A stretch of 44,408 bases of DNA from a virus (taxonomy: Duplodnaviria; Caudoviricetes). The number at the start of each line of letters is the position of its first letter. Position 1 is the first letter of the stretch. The position numbers and the translations under genes were made by a program. Below are positions 44,304 to 44,408 of the stretch, in pieces. The stretch spans positions 1-44,408 of IMG/VR virus record IMGVR_UViG_3300020045_011998; one strand, written 5' to 3'. The notes under the pieces were generated by a model. The model was given only the letters and a program-made list of their open reading frames with translations, had not been told where the DNA came from and made no database searches.

Positions 44304-44408
44304 TAAAATTTTTCAGAAAAACATATACAGCTTTAGGAAAAGTCACTTCAACTTGCAGCAACACTAGGGAGCGTCTGTATTATAAATATAAATTTTAAAA
44401 AGTAAGTA

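Noticed and set aside
1-44408. Complete genome with terminal repeats
   Set aside because: Ends share only short motifs (18 bp direct, 11 bp inverted), and terminase, DNA polymerase and tail genes are missing
1-44408. tRNA/rRNA genes, integrase, or stop-codon reassignment
   Set aside because: No cloverleaf or rRNA-like segment noticed in the short intergenic gaps, no recombinase motifs, and genes are intact and densely packed in code 11

Overview
This is a 44.4 kb fragment of a large tailed dsDNA bacteriophage genome in the standard genetic code. It has no terminase, DNA polymerase or tail tube/sheath genes, so it is not a whole genome. The minus strand carries the virion module: portal, prohead protease, scaffold/internal head proteins, decoration protein, major capsid protein, two tailspikes and a lysozyme-like protein. 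It also carries a multi-subunit, cell-like RNA polymerase split into three ORFs (beta fused to the beta' N-terminus; beta' catalytic part; beta' C-terminus), which recalls the RNAP-encoding Caudoviricetes described from metagenomes. Plus-strand islands carry accessory genes (AAA ATPase, ThyX-like, OmpA-domain protein, Tat-exported transglutaminase-like protease, nucleotidyltransferase, SF2 helicase) and three free-standing homing endonucleases. The most striking unexplained signal is a short peptide tag, N-[KRP]-[YF]-L-x-K-[IVL]-A, on otherwise unrelated proteins, including a helicase and a zinc peptidase. It ends in the same K-x-A motif that recurs dozens of times in the head proteins. I infer a capsid cargo-loading and protease-release system. 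Also seen: three promoter classes, and IHF-site/GGACAA repeat modules at both window ends. All functional calls come from motif recognition by eye; no database search was run.
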